From Flectonema sp. DT1601 (lineage: Eukaryota): a DNA stretch of 64,000 nucleotides. The notes beneath the pieces are model-generated. The model did no database searches. It worked only from the letters and a program-made list of their open reading frames with translations, and was not told the DNA's origin. Positions 1 to 11,815 of the stretch are shown here, piece by piece. The position numbers were made by a program, and so were the translations under genes. Numbering within the stretch: position 1 is the first letter of the stretch; every line of letters starts with the position of its first letter. The stretch spans positions 1,612,001 through 1,676,000 of the forward strand of contig OZ025782.1 of NCBI GenBank assembly GCA_964019425.1, in the 5' to 3' direction.

Positions 1-607
1 ACCGTCCTTAAAGTAGAGAAGTCACTCAGATATCATTCGGTCAATTGAGAGACGCTGTTTTGAAATCAGCCAACAAGAACGGTGTTGTCGTAATGGATGT
101 TGCAATTCTGTTTGCTTGTCTGACTTCCGCATGTGTTTCCCTTGCCTGCCCTGATACGGTTGAGTTAAGAGTTGCTGTTGGATGTGTGGAGGGGAGTGAA
201 CGTGAAAGAGAAGTTTCAATAAGTGAGTCCGGTTCATCAACTGTTGAATACAATTTGACGATGGAAAAGGGAGGGAATTTCAGCAACGCTGTTGGAAACA
301 TTGAATCTGACGTCTCGGCAGAATTTGAAAGGAATGATAATGACATTATATTTAATTAGATAATGTTAGTTCTATACAGTTTGTTCCTTGGTAAGAGTAC
401 AGGAGTTTATTTTTATTTTTGCATCCACACTTTTTGTATGGTAGGAAATATGATTGACCCGTTAGATCACGTTCACAATTCCGTTCTCCGTTTTGCCCTC
501 CGTGTTTTTCTCCCTTTTCCTTTTCCCTAGTTGCGTCGCTGAAACTAAACCAAACCAACTTCTTACTTTTAGGTTAAATCGGTCTCAGCGACTGCGAAAA
601 AGCAAAA

Positions 608-1369
608 ATGCCGGCTAAGAAAGCAACAACGAAGAACGCTAAGAGGAATCTCTCCTCCGATTCGGACTCCGAATCGTTCACCACACGGTACACTGTTACC
701 GACGCGGCGGCACGTCCCTCAAGCCAAGGGTCGTTGCCCCCCCTTATCGGGGATCCCTCATCCGGGGACGCGTATGCTGTTCCCTCATCCGGGGAAAACA
801 ACCCCTCGTCCGGGGGGGAAGTGACCATGAAAGTCACTAAAGAACAGTTCGAAGCATTGAGTTGCTTCCTCCAGTCCCAAAGAAGACAAAAGCCGGCCAT
901 AGTGCCGCATCGGGTGTCCACGTGGTCGGGATACCTATATCCAGGCCCAGACCACGAGGCTTTGTTAGCATCGCTAAGAGCCGCCTACCCCGCCAGGTGT
1001 ACAAATCCGCGCCAGGAGGCCAACAACAGCGACCACGAGCGTCGCGTGCTAATCGCAGTCACAGAAAAGCTAGTACGTAGTCTAGCAGAAGGCGGCCAAG
1101 CAGCCGACCCTACACTGGTGCAGGAAAGTATCCAATTGTTAATAGACAGGATGCATGCCCAGTCGGTGAGGGAGCAGTATAGCTCTTCGAAGCCGGGTAT
1201 CGAATTCGAGGCGTACTGGTGGGGAAAGGAAAGGGCGTTGGAGAGAGGGGTCGATGAGTACCTGGCACTCGAAGACAAAATCTCCAGGAGATTTACAAAG
1301 GAGAAAGAGGGCAGAAGCAGGGACTCCAGGCCCCCCGCAGGCAATCAGCGGATAAAAATACGCCGATGA
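608..1369 (+). CDS. ORF1 (gag-like) of the YR retroelement, 253 aa
   Basis: ATG-started ORF with basic/low-complexity N-terminus, three PSSG repeats, helical core and basic C-terminus. Position ahead of the YR-like ORF fits VIPER/TATE gene order. Confidence 0.55.
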   Translation: MPAKKATTKNAKRNLSSDSDSESFTTRYTVTDAAARPSSQGSLPPLIGDPSSGDAYAVPSSGENNPSSGGEVTMKVTKEQFEALSCFLQSQRRQKPAIVPHRVSTWSGYLYPGPDHEALLASLRAAYPARCTNPRQEANNSDHERRVLIAVTEKLVRSLAEGGQAADPTLVQESIQLLIDRMHAQSVREQYSSSKPGIEFEAYWWGKERALERGVDEYLALEDKISRRFTKEKEGRSRDSRPPAGNQRIKIRR

Positions 1370-1670
1370 AGCCAGAGGTCGTCCACGTCAGAAGGAGGAG
1401 GAGCTTACAGAAGAGGTGATCGAAAAATTAGTGCTCGAAGCCGAGAACATTCTGCAGCTAGCCCTGGCAGAGAACACCTGGAAGACCCTAAAATCAGTGT
1501 TGCGCCGTTTTCTTCAATTCAAGGAAAATTTACAGCTCAGAACCAGCACAACTTTCTCGAACACGGAGGCTCTAATTCTGTGGTTAACAAAGAAATTAGT
1601 AATAGACGAGATCTCTCGGGCAACAGCACTCCAGTACTCGTTCGATGCCGCGGCAGCTCTGGAGCGACTG
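1356..1670 (+). pseudogene. Tyrosine recombinase N-terminal fragment, catalytic domain missing
   Basis: Frame is open from 1356 (KYADEARGRPRQKEEELTEEVIEKL...LALAENTWKTLKSVLRRFLQF...AAALERL) with no ATG. It breaks into the terminal repeat at 1663. No RHRY catalytic region is present. Confidence 0.55.
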
Positions 1671-2728
1671 CGAAAAAGCAAAAACGTTTTGTGTGTGTTC
1701 GTAAAGGGTTTTTCTGATTTCCGACTAGCAGCACCAAGCCCTATGCAAGTGATTCTTTAACCCCATTATACTTCACCCCTCAGGAATTACCGAACAAGAT
1801 CAAGGCTCAATCATATTTGTTGCCATCTAATTTGTTATCTACTTTGCACATTGCTATTTGAAATGTATCTGTCCGCCGTTTTCGAATGCTTTGTGGATTT
1901 AGACTTTGATTTTTTTTTTTTTTTTTTTTTTTTGAGAATCACAAATTTAATCTTTTTTGCAACAATCGTAAAGAGAAATGTGAAACACAGCCATATGTTC
2001 TAACATTCAATAATCAGCTCATTGATTGGGTTATTGTAGAGGAAATTAAGCCACCGTTTCCTTTGGCGTGTTATCTCCCGACTTATTGAATGATATTTCT
2101 TCTCTCTTTGTTTAACCAGGTCGCAGGCCAAGTTGTTTATTTATATTTTACTCTTCTCTATTTCTGATGTCTTCACATTTGAATTCCCTTATTCAATCAA
2201 TCTTCTTAGCGACCAGCTCTTCTGGTTGCTGGTCCTTCGCAACTCAATTGTTAAGCCACGAAGTTAAATTATAATTCCTCAGTACAATTATTTATAATTC
2301 AACTAACAGGAAACATTTCAACACAAAGCAACGTAGTATAAACAAAACTTTGAGGAACTGTAGTGTAGATGGCAGAAAAAAGAAAAAAAAATTGACTGAA
2401 CATCTCTTGTTGTCCAATTCTCCCGATGATAATTCTTTAGTTGTAGGAGTTTTTAAGAGGCTTTAATGAGTTAGATTGTTCGCATTTAATAGTGTTGACT
2501 TTGGTAGTTATGCATTACTGCAATGCTTGTGAAAGTAATTTATTTTTGATATGTTCTTTTGAAGACTTTCTCAAAATGAGAGAACAGATACTGACCATAA
2601 TTATCATTGGAAAAAGAAGCGTAGTAGTTAGTCATTTGAGTATTAATGATTCACTTTTCTCTCACAGAGGCACTGCTCATTAAACGAGAGCTGCCAAAAC
2701 AAACAAAAATACAAAAAAGGGAAGAAAG

Positions 2729-5236
2729 ATGTTGTTACCTGTAGAGTGGGTCTATGTGGAGAGGACCTTTCTGGTCATAATACTGGGTATTCTATGCATC
2801 ATGATGGCTGCCTTTGGAGAAGAAAGACCTGCAGCGCAGTCAGTGTACACAACAGGGTTAGTTGCACTCTCATATTTTATAGGAGAGCGAACTGGATCGA
2901 TGGACATTGGAAGTAGAGGAGCAACTTACTTAGGAGTTTCCGTGTGGCTGGTGTACCTTTTATCATTCGCATTTATGTTATACTGTACAGTTGCAATAGA
3001 CTTGTCTGATGAACGAAAACTAAAGAGAGCAAAAGAGTGGTGTACAATATCTATTGCGGCATGTGCTACTTTGTATTGCATTGCAAAGTTGTCTATCACC
3101 AACTTACTAATAGAACGTCTTCGCATAATACGAAATACTGGAATCCCACGTTACAGTGATAGAAAGTGGATGTTCCCAATGGCTTTAGTACTTCCGTATG
3201 CAATATGTCTTGTCTTCTTACTGATTGATATGTACCACAAGTATCACGGTAATGATTGTTATATTGGTGTCTATCAAAGAGGTATCCTCATCCTCATTAT
3301 CTGGAACGCAATTTGCTCCTTCACGATAGGAGGAATGTATCTCCACACACTTGCAAGAAGCGACACGAGCCGTCAAGTTAGAGGGGCGGCTTTTAGTAAA
3401 AAAGCAATCTTGATTCCTGAAGGTATGACAAAGATGTCTATTATTGGAGCGACTACAGTCTGGATCTGTGCCTCGTGTGCTAATTTAATGACATTTTTAT
3501 ACAAAACTGCTTACAAGGAACATATTTGTCTCATGAATTGCTCTGCAGACTTGATAGTTGGAATCATTGTGACTGACTATTTATCTGGATTGACAGCAGA
3601 AAGAGTTCAGCAGGAAGCGTTAGCCTTTGTGATAGCAAAGAAAATAGGAAGGATGGAACTGGATGATCTTGGATACTTGTTTGAGTTGGAGGAACCGAAC
3701 ATCATACAGACGTCATTTAGAAATATAACTGCTATCTTACAACAGTTTAAAGCCTATGTACCACGTTGTGTTCTTGAGAACATTGACGCCGTTATCAGTG
3801 TTCCGATACCAGCGATACCAATAGATGTTGTTCGCCCTCCTAGTGGTGAAGTAACCATTGTATTTACTGATATTAAATCTAGCAGTCTGATTTGGGGTGA
3901 ACTCCCTGATGAGATGCGAAGTGCCTTACGTACTCACAATAAAGTAATTAGAGAATGCATTACTCAGTGTCAGGGATATGAAGTTAAAACAATTGGTGAC
4001 TCTTTCATGGTAGCCTTTGAGAATCCGACATCTGGAGTTGAGTTTGGGATTGCTGTTCAGATGAAATTATTTGAAGCAACTTGGCCGGAAAGTCTTTCTC
4101 AACTTGCTCCGTGTAGAAGTGCATCGGGCGCATGGAATGGTGTCCGTGTCCGTATTGGAGTACACCATGGATATGTCAATGCTGAAGCAAGTATGATGAC
4201 TGGTCGAGTTGATTATTTGGGACCAACTGTCAATACAGCAGCCCGTTTAGAAGGCATTTGTGAACCTGGTGGTGTTGCGGTTTCCGCCACTACACTATCT
4301 CTAGTAGCGAGAGAATATATGAGTGAGAGTAACCCGATTATTATTGAGAAGGGTGAAGTGGCACTGAGAGGTATTCGTACACCTATTAAAATTGGAATAT
4401 TATATCCTTGTTCTCTAGGGTTACGTTCTGAGGGTGACCGACCACCACCACAATGCGTATTATTTCCACATAAACAACCATTACAACCTATTCATAGAAA
4501 TGATTCAAGTATTGGTACTTCAAGATCGTCATCAATGGTATCTCTACTGAGAGATGATCCAACGTCTTTTATTAAAAAAATACCGTCAACCTTGGGAAGG
4601 CTTATGATCCGTCCTCGACCGTCAGAATTCGGATGCATAAACGATACCTTTAGTTTGGTATCTACTTGCTTAGCAAGAACTGACGGTATCACTGTAGGTG
4701 TTACAGGTAATGTTGTCACTTTCTCTTGGAATGTCTCAAGGCGTGTGGATAATCATGCTTTATCCGCACTCAGGTTTGCTGACATGTACGCAGCTTATCA
4801 ACGAAAGGGTCAAAGACCTTATTTGCTTTCTGTATTAGCAATAGCTACCTCAACATCATACAGTGGTTCTATTCGTGCTGGTGATGAAAAATTCGTTACT
4901 GTTGTTGGTGATGCCTTGGGACTTACAACAACTCAGCTTTACTTGGCTGAAGAACAGCAGATCTTTTGTACATATGCATCAACTCACCCACAAAAGATTG
5001 AATATTTAGCGAGTATTTTACGACCATTAGACATAATGAATCTCAGACGTCGACTCGCCCTGCCTGAAAAGATTCAAGTCTTTGAGGTTTCAATTTGTGG
5101 GTGGTCTGATGGACTTAACCTATTCGAATGTGGTGAGGAGTTGGGACTTGACAAAGCTCAAATTATGTTTGAATCTAGAGCAGCTGAAATAGTAGACACG
5201 AACAACACACCAATAGTTTTTAATTCATATGTGTGA
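2729..5236 (+). CDS. GPCR-like multi-TM receptor fused to class III adenylyl cyclase plus degenerate second cyclase domain, 835 aa
   Basis: About 8 hydrophobic segments in the first ~290 aa. AC motifs FTDIKSSS, YEVKTIGDSFM, RVRIGVHHG, VDYLGPTVNTAARLE. C-terminal cyclase-like remnant (DGITVGVTGNVVTFSWN; FVTVVGDAL). Intronless. Confidence 0.9.
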   Translation: MLLPVEWVYVERTFLVIILGILCIMMAAFGEERPAAQSVYTTGLVALSYFIGERTGSMDIGSRGATYLGVSVWLVYLLSFAFMLYCTVAIDLSDERKLKRAKEWCTISIAACATLYCIAKLSITNLLIERLRIIRNTGIPRYSDRKWMFPMALVLPYAICLVFLLIDMYHKYHGNDCYIGVYQRGILILIIWNAICSFTIGGMYLHTLARSDTSRQVRGAAFSKKAILIPEGMTKMSIIGATTVWICASCANLMTFLYKTAYKEHICLMNCSADLIVGIIVTDYLSGLTAERVQQEALAFVIAKKIGRMELDDLGYLFELEEPNIIQTSFRNITAILQQFKAYVPRCVLENIDAVISVPIPAIPIDVVRPPSGEVTIVFTDIKSSSLIWGELPDEMRSALRTHNKVIRECITQCQGYEVKTIGDSFMVAFENPTSGVEFGIAVQMKLFEATWPESLSQLAPCRSASGAWNGVRVRIGVHHGYVNAEASMMTGRVDYLGPTVNTAARLEGICEPGGVAVSATTLSLVAREYMSESNPIIIEKGEVALRGIRTPIKIGILYPCSLGLRSEGDRPPPQCVLFPHKQPLQPIHRNDSSIGTSRSSSMVSLLRDDPTSFIKKIPSTLGRLMIRPRPSEFGCINDTFSLVSTCLARTDGITVGVTGNVVTFSWNVSRRVDNHALSALRFADMYAAYQRKGQRPYLLSVLAIATSTSYSGSIRAGDEKFVTVVGDALGLTTTQLYLAEEQQIFCTYASTHPQKIEYLASILRPLDIMNLRRRLALPEKIQVFEVSICGWSDGLNLFECGEELGLDKAQIMFESRAAEIVDTNNTPIVFNSYV

Positions 5237-6764
5237 GAGTTGGAAACCAATCACTTGCGTTGCGTTAACAATTCACGTTGTCTCATACGACAGCCATGAC
5301 ACACCAGACTAGACTGCATCTGATTGTTTCACTTCGAGTGATGATTTGATTAAAATATCACCTGAGTGTGGTCACAGTTGAAGTGACTAAATGGCAGCCC
5401 GATTAGACCGATGCAATTAATAAATTCATCGCTGGACCACTAACAGAAATTCCTTTTGACAAGTGACAGGTGGCCTGATGCAGTAAGAGTTTGAATTGCC
5501 GAGAAAAGCTCCGTCGTCGTTTTGCGCAGACTGGCGCACTGTTTTACTTTATCGCACTTACTTTACACCAAGTTCTGTGCGACTTTGTGCGAAATGAGGG
5601 CCAACCCTTGTTCCCTGCGTCTCTCCCCGCTAATTATGGTTCTTTAGTTTTTCATACGCCCAATCATCCCTACCCCTCACATCCAGCTTTCCTTATTTAC
5701 AAATAATCATTGGGAAAGGGGAAAAAAAAAAAAAAAAAAAAAAAAAACAACAAATACTGGCAAAAAAAAGAAAAAAAAGAAGGAAAAATAATAATAATAA
5801 TAATAATAATAACAAAGCTTTCCCTGCTGCGCGAGACTGATGGGGGGAAAAGAAAAAAAAGTGAAGGCCTCAATTTGGATTTCTGTTATGTCAAACTGAC
5901 GATTGGTGACTGTAATTTGTCCAGTTTTCTGATCGCCTTGAATAAGCTATTGGAGGTTGGAGGTAAAAACATTCTTTTTAGATACTCTGACACTCTTTAC
6001 TAGCACGACGTGATTTTTCACGTGACTTACTTCGATTGGGTTACTTGTACTTATTTTTTCTTTTCTCCCCTGTCCTCGCACCTCGTTTTTTTTTTTCTTT
6101 TTTTTCTTTTTAAAGTTGAGTCAAGCGACTTTTGGTCGGTTCTCGTATATTTATTTTTTATGTTTTTTATTATTCGGGTCCTTCTGCTGGCACATGTTGC
6201 ACTGCGGCAGCTGCGTAACCGCAAAACACTGTTGCGAACGTGCAAGCTGATGGTTTAACCTTATACTGTTGCATTTCAGTAATGTTTTCCCCTCCCACCT
6301 GGCGACAGACTACACTAATCGATGTTTTTTTCGTTTCACTTCATTACATAAATGAGAGAAACTTATCGCGTTTCCCCCTACCATGTCCTTCCTATGATAT
6401 GACTTTTTATTGGAGCTTCCTCCTTTTTTTGTTTTGTTCTTCTCTCAGTCACGAACTGAGATGGTGAAGCGTAACGGTGTTTTGTTATTAAATTTTAAAA
6501 TTGAAAAGAAAAAAAAGAAAACAAGAAAATGTAATAGCATGTGAGACCAAAAGAGTGAACCTCCCAAGTTGCTCACTGCTGGCAATATGTGTTTGCCTGA
6601 ATTTCGCTTTTTTGTTTTTATTTTCGAGAAACCATGAAGCGAAAAAATGCTGCGGAAAAAAATAAATAAAATAAAATAAAGATAGCCAAACTGTTAAGCT
6701 ACTTAAAAAGTTACCGCTATTTTCATTTTTCAGTTTTTTTTTTGTGCTTGAGAAAAAAAAGTTA

Positions 6765-6806
<42 letters not shown>

Positions 6807-7759
6807 TTTTTTTAATAGTCGTCTGCTTATAATTATTAATTTTTTCCTTTCCTTCTTTTCATGTTTTTTTTTTGTTTGCCGCTTTTATTTGTATGTTTCT
6901 CGTTTGCTTTGATTAGGGGGAAAAAAAAAAAAAATTGAACCGAAGTATAATTACTAGCTATGTTTGAATTTTCCCGTCACGTTATTTCTGTTCTGGTATT
7001 TTGGTCTGTTTTTTTCCCTCACAAAAAAAAAAAAAAAAAAAAAACTATTTTCTCATTTTCCTTTTCCTCCCCTGTCGTGTTTTTTTTTGTTTTTTTTTTA
7101 ACAACAACAAAGATAGGGCAACAATAGTATCTTCAAGCATTGAATTGAGAAACTAAATTTATCTTTCTTGTTGTCAACTTGCAACTCAAGTCTCAGTAAG
7201 CAGGAAGGTACTGCTTTATAATTGAAAAAGAATTTCTCTGTTGCGATCTGTGGTTTTAAAAAAAGTGTTCTTATGACGACAAGAATTGATATCTTCGACC
7301 CTTTAAATCTATCTGGAAAAAAATAAAAAAAAAAAAACAAAAAAAAAAAAAAAGTTTTGTAAATAAAACTTGGCAGCTTGCACAAGTTTGTATCCAGTTT
7401 CGTCTATACTTGCAAGCTCCTCTCCTGCGCGATGTGGCACGCAGAGGAGGTCCGATATAATTAAAAAAAAAAAAAATGAAATAAAAAAAAATAGCAAATC
7501 AAGCCAATAAAGACGATACATTCCACTTGTGGGATGATTTTTTTTTCCGTATTTCCCTTGTTGTAATTTAAAAAAAAAAAAAAAAAAAGTAGAGCAGCGC
7601 CCTAGCTGATGCTTAAACAAATTGTTATGGGTATCTTTTCATTATTATTTTATTTTTTTTTTTTTTAACAACAAAAAAAAGGAATAATTATTGTGAGAAA
7701 CTGTTCTTCTTGCAATATTTTAGCTCTTGCATTGGTTCTTCAAACTGTTAGTGGGTTAG

Positions 7760-7798
<39 letters not shown>

Positions 7799-8484
7799 AA
7801 CATGCGAATAGTGAGGGTTAGGTTCCTTTTTCTTACAGTTTGACTTCAGACTGATTTTCTTTAACGACGAGATTCTGTTTGGTGTTTTTTTTTGAAGCCT
7901 GTTTAAAGATTGAACTTGCACCACCTCAATATTTTAGCTGTACAATTCTTTTTTTCTTTTGTACGGTTTTTTTTCTTTTTTTTTTTTTCTTGAAATCGAG
8001 GTTTTACGATAGAATAAGGGGAAAAAAAAAAAAAAAAAAAAAAACCCATTCGTGTAGTACAACAATTAGTTAGTGAATTTATAAAAAATTTTTTTTTTCT
8101 TCTTGCGTGTAAATTCACTGTGGTTAGTTCACGTTTTCTGTCTCCAAGTCTGGTCAGCTTGAGAGGGAGTTGTGATATTACAAAAAAAAAAAAAAAAAAA
8201 AAAAAACTCATATCCCCTTGTGACTTTATTAACTATAAATTGTTACTGCTCAGCTTTCCCTGTTAGCTCACCTAGTTTTTAATAGGAGTGAGCAGATATA
8301 TAATTTTTTTTTTTTAAATAATAATGTTAAAGACAACTGTGATAATATTGCTCACATATTTGTCATTTCAGTTTTTTAATTGTGCCTTGTTAGACTGCTC
8401 AAAAAAAGTATGATATTTTTTGTGCTGTTTTTTTTATAACCTATTGCCACCGCCTCCATGTTACTCCAGTTACTGAGAAAGGTG

Positions 8485-8515
<31 letters not shown>

Positions 8516-8665
8516 CTATTTTTTGTTATTATGATGCAGTTTCACTTTAGGCGATGAATCCAATCACTGGCTTGGTCCGCTTGGAGGTTGCGAGATCGAA
8601 TGTATTGTTATCAACGTTTTGAGGGTATGAGTTCTTATTGCAGTTTATTACCCTTGTCGTAGTAC

Positions 8666-8699
<34 letters not shown>

Positions 8700-11694
8700 T
8701 TTCCCTCATTCTTTTTTTACCTTACCAATCAAGTGGCTTCTGCGTAGCGAGCGAGTCAGACCGAATCTTCGGCTGGCGAGGAGTATTGTTATTTCTTTTT
8801 TAAAATTTTGTACGGTTTCGCCCATCGGCCTCCTATGCATGAACAAACAACCCTAAGTAACTTAGTCTTTAGATAGTTCGCAAGCAGTCATAAGGCAATC
8901 TGGACGCTGGATTCCAGATAACGTCCTGACTTCTTCAACTTTAACTTGTCTTAAATAGCTGATTTCAGCCTGTGTTTTCTGCTGTATCAGTCTTGGTTTG
9001 TCTTGTCTGGTTTTTTCTTCTTTCACACAAATAAAAACCAATTACAATACGTTACAAATTCTCATTTAACCCAATAATTGCAAAAAACAGTCTTGTGTTC
9101 AAGTAGTTTTTATGCGTCATCAACCACACAAACTTCAAATTATTTGGTATTGAAGCATGTTAACAATTTCCCTCATTTTTTTTTCCCTGCTTATATATTT
9201 TTTTTTTTTTTTTTTTTTTTTCCTCATAGAAAGCCGCTATACGTTAAATGTTATAAGTTGAACGTTGATTGGCATATCACTAATAAGAAAAAAAAAAAAA
9301 AATTAAAAAAAGAAAAAAAAAAAAAAGATCGAAATTTTTTGTTGCCAACGTTTGATTTTTGAACCCAAAATTATATGTTGCGTATGAACATTAAAAAAAA
9401 AAAAAAAAAAAAAAAACCAACGATTTCACCTAACTGACTGTCACCGCCTTGAAAAGTCAACCAATACAAAAGGCCGGGAATATCTTAGCTGTGAATTTCT
9501 TTTTTGTTTTACACGCCTAGGATAGCAGTAGCTTGGTATTTTTATATCACCCTTCTTGACCGCGTTTTGGCAAGCCGTTGCCTGCTTGCTTGCTCTATTA
9601 TGTATCTTTTTTTGGAAGCATTCTTGAAAGTATTAATAGGCGTCAACTTCTTTTTACCTGTTATTATCTGTGAGAGTCTTGTGGTGAGCTTCTCCAGAAA
9701 TATTTTAATTTTTTTTTTTTTTTTTTTAAATTTCAATAAAATAAATTAAAAAGTGTTGATTAGTGATTCTGGATGATCAAAAAATACACATCAAGTTCAA
9801 TACACTTAAAAGCTGATTATTCAGTAGTAAAAAAACAAGTGAACCTTAAAAACAGATATGGTTAATATCAGTGGGTGGGTTTGTATTCTATTATTGTGTC
9901 GTAGAGTTGGGGAGTTTTTTTTATTCAAAACCCACACAACTAAATCTAAAGCTACTCACTGGTGGTAGTTTCGACCCTGAAGTTATCCTTGCGGGTTGAA
10001 AAACAACAATGACAGACCTGGAATGTACGTCTCTTTTGTGATTGGAATGCAATGCCATCACCCGTTACGCTTCTTTTAGTTACCCCCCCCCTCCTTTTTA
10101 TCTCTGAGCTGCTGTTTTTGTATTCCCGTTTGAAAAATTATTTGTTTGGTTCGAATTCTCTTCGAGCTAAAAAAGAGGTTGGGGAGTTTTTTTCTTTTTT
10201 TTTTTAAAATATGAGTTTCTGATAACATCACCGGATACCTTCTCATAGACCCATTCTTGTAGTTTTTGAAAATATTTCTTTTTTTTTTCTGCTGAGGTAG
10301 AAAGTTAAGCGTTGCGAGCTTTCTTTTTTGCTAATTTTTTTTTTTTTTTTTTTTTAATCCTTCTTAAGTTTGCTATTGATTTCATTAGCCTTATTTTTTT
10401 TATCTTTTAGGCTGGCTCTCTGCTATTCTACTGGAGACGAAACTACATTTTTCTCTTTTATACAAATGCTCCTTCACCTTAGGTTGTTGGAGGATATCTC
10501 CATCAATTTTTTGATGTGTTTTTTTTTTTTTTTTTTTTTTACTGATCATGCTTGATTACGTCAGCTAAGGTGATCCTACGTGGATTTGTGTTGCTATTAT
10601 TAATTGGCATCCCTTGGAGAGTTGTCAGTTTTTTTTTGAGTTGTCACCCGCTGTGTTGCCCACGTAATTGGTTATCTATGGTTCTGTTTGAAGATTAAGC
10701 AGGACTCCCTTCAAAATCTAAAGGCTGGCTCTCTTTCCTTACTAACAACTGGTACGAATGAAAGTGTCAGACAAATGTTAACGGCTCTGAGACCCCAAAA
10801 AAAAAAAAAAAAAAAAAAAAAGCTTTTGAGAGGGTTCGAAGTCAGTTTATTTTATTTCACCAAACCCCCCCAATTATTAAAACCTTTTGACAGATAACTT
10901 CCCACCTATGTTTAAATTAAAAAAAAGTATTAAGTTATGCCCCCCTCACCACCATTTAATAGTTTCCATCACCAGGTGGTTGGATTGTTACTTTTTCTTG
11001 TTATGTTGTTACGATGTGTAAAATACAGTTTTTTGTATTACAATTAAAAACCTATAACTCCCCCCCGTTCACCTACTGAGAGCTTATCGAGGTTCTCAAG
11101 GCTGCTTCTCTGCTATCGATCGCGAAAGGAATAGATGGCAGTTTTTCTTTTTTTGTCTGCCGTTATTGTCCTGTTCTTTAACCTTTTTACTACTTTTGGA
11201 TTATTTCTATGTTGCGGTTATTCCTTTTTCAGTATTTATCTTTTTTTTTTTTTTTTTTTTGGTGCGTTTTTTTTTTAAATGAAAAAAAAAAAAAAAAAGC
11301 GAATTTGTGTGTTTAAAAACAATCAAAACAATCGGATGAGTTTCTCTCAATCACTGTTCCTGTTTGCGGGACATTGATTGATTTAAAAAAAAAAAACCGT
11401 AGGGAAAAAAAACAAAAAGAATAAAATTTTTGTTATTCCGCTAATGTTGTCCCACACTCAACATCTGTATGTTGAAGAAAGCACCCATTATTGACTGTGT
11501 AGCCAGCCATTTATTTCCACCAAACTTTTTTTTTTTTTCCCTCCTTAAATTCTTCTTGTTGTGTGGCAGCGAATAATATGACAAAATGCCACTTTTAGTT
11601 TTTGGGTGAATGAAATGGGGAAAAAAAAAAAAAAAAAAAAAAAAGATTCACACTACTTACTATTTCTTAATCTTCATGTTCGCAACTTTCGAGG

Positions 11695-11815
11695 AAACGT
11701 ACCTTTTCTTTGATTAACAACTACAAATATTCTTTCAGTCAAGTACTTTGATATTGATTTTGTTTTTTAATACCTAAGGCTGTTACTGTTTTTACATTAT
11801 CAAAGTTTCACCCCC
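11695..11815 (+). repeat. Dispersed ~120-bp repeat family A, copy 1 (others 36686-36766 and 45588-45710)
   Basis: Shared core gtactttgatatt(g/a)attttgttttt...aatacc...tgttactgtttttaca...tcaaa(g)tttcaccc. Confidence 0.85.

Larger units (their letters stand above)
587..1684 (+). mobile_element. Truncated tyrosine-recombinase retrotransposon (VIPER/TATE/Ngaro-like), gag plus YR N-terminus
   Basis: GC-rich island in AT-rich DNA. Bounded by an exact 22-bp direct repeat agcgactgcgaaaaagcaaaaa (587-608, 1663-1684). Gag-like ORF1 is followed by an ORF resembling the YR N-terminal region (ALAENTWKTLKSVLRRFLQF). True outer ends may extend further. Confidence 0.65.

Noticed and set aside
22..359. Overlapping ~100-aa ORFs at the window start (41-346 minus, 45-359 plus)
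   Set aside because: Composition looks coding-like, but all three minus frames stop before the window edge and I recognise no motif. Possibly a pseudogene relic; cannot be called.
9415..9426. aaccaacgattt, resembling the 5' end of the diplonemid spliced leader as I recall it
   Set aside because: Only 12 nt at the end of a poly(A) run, and the rest of the leader is absent. Likely chance.
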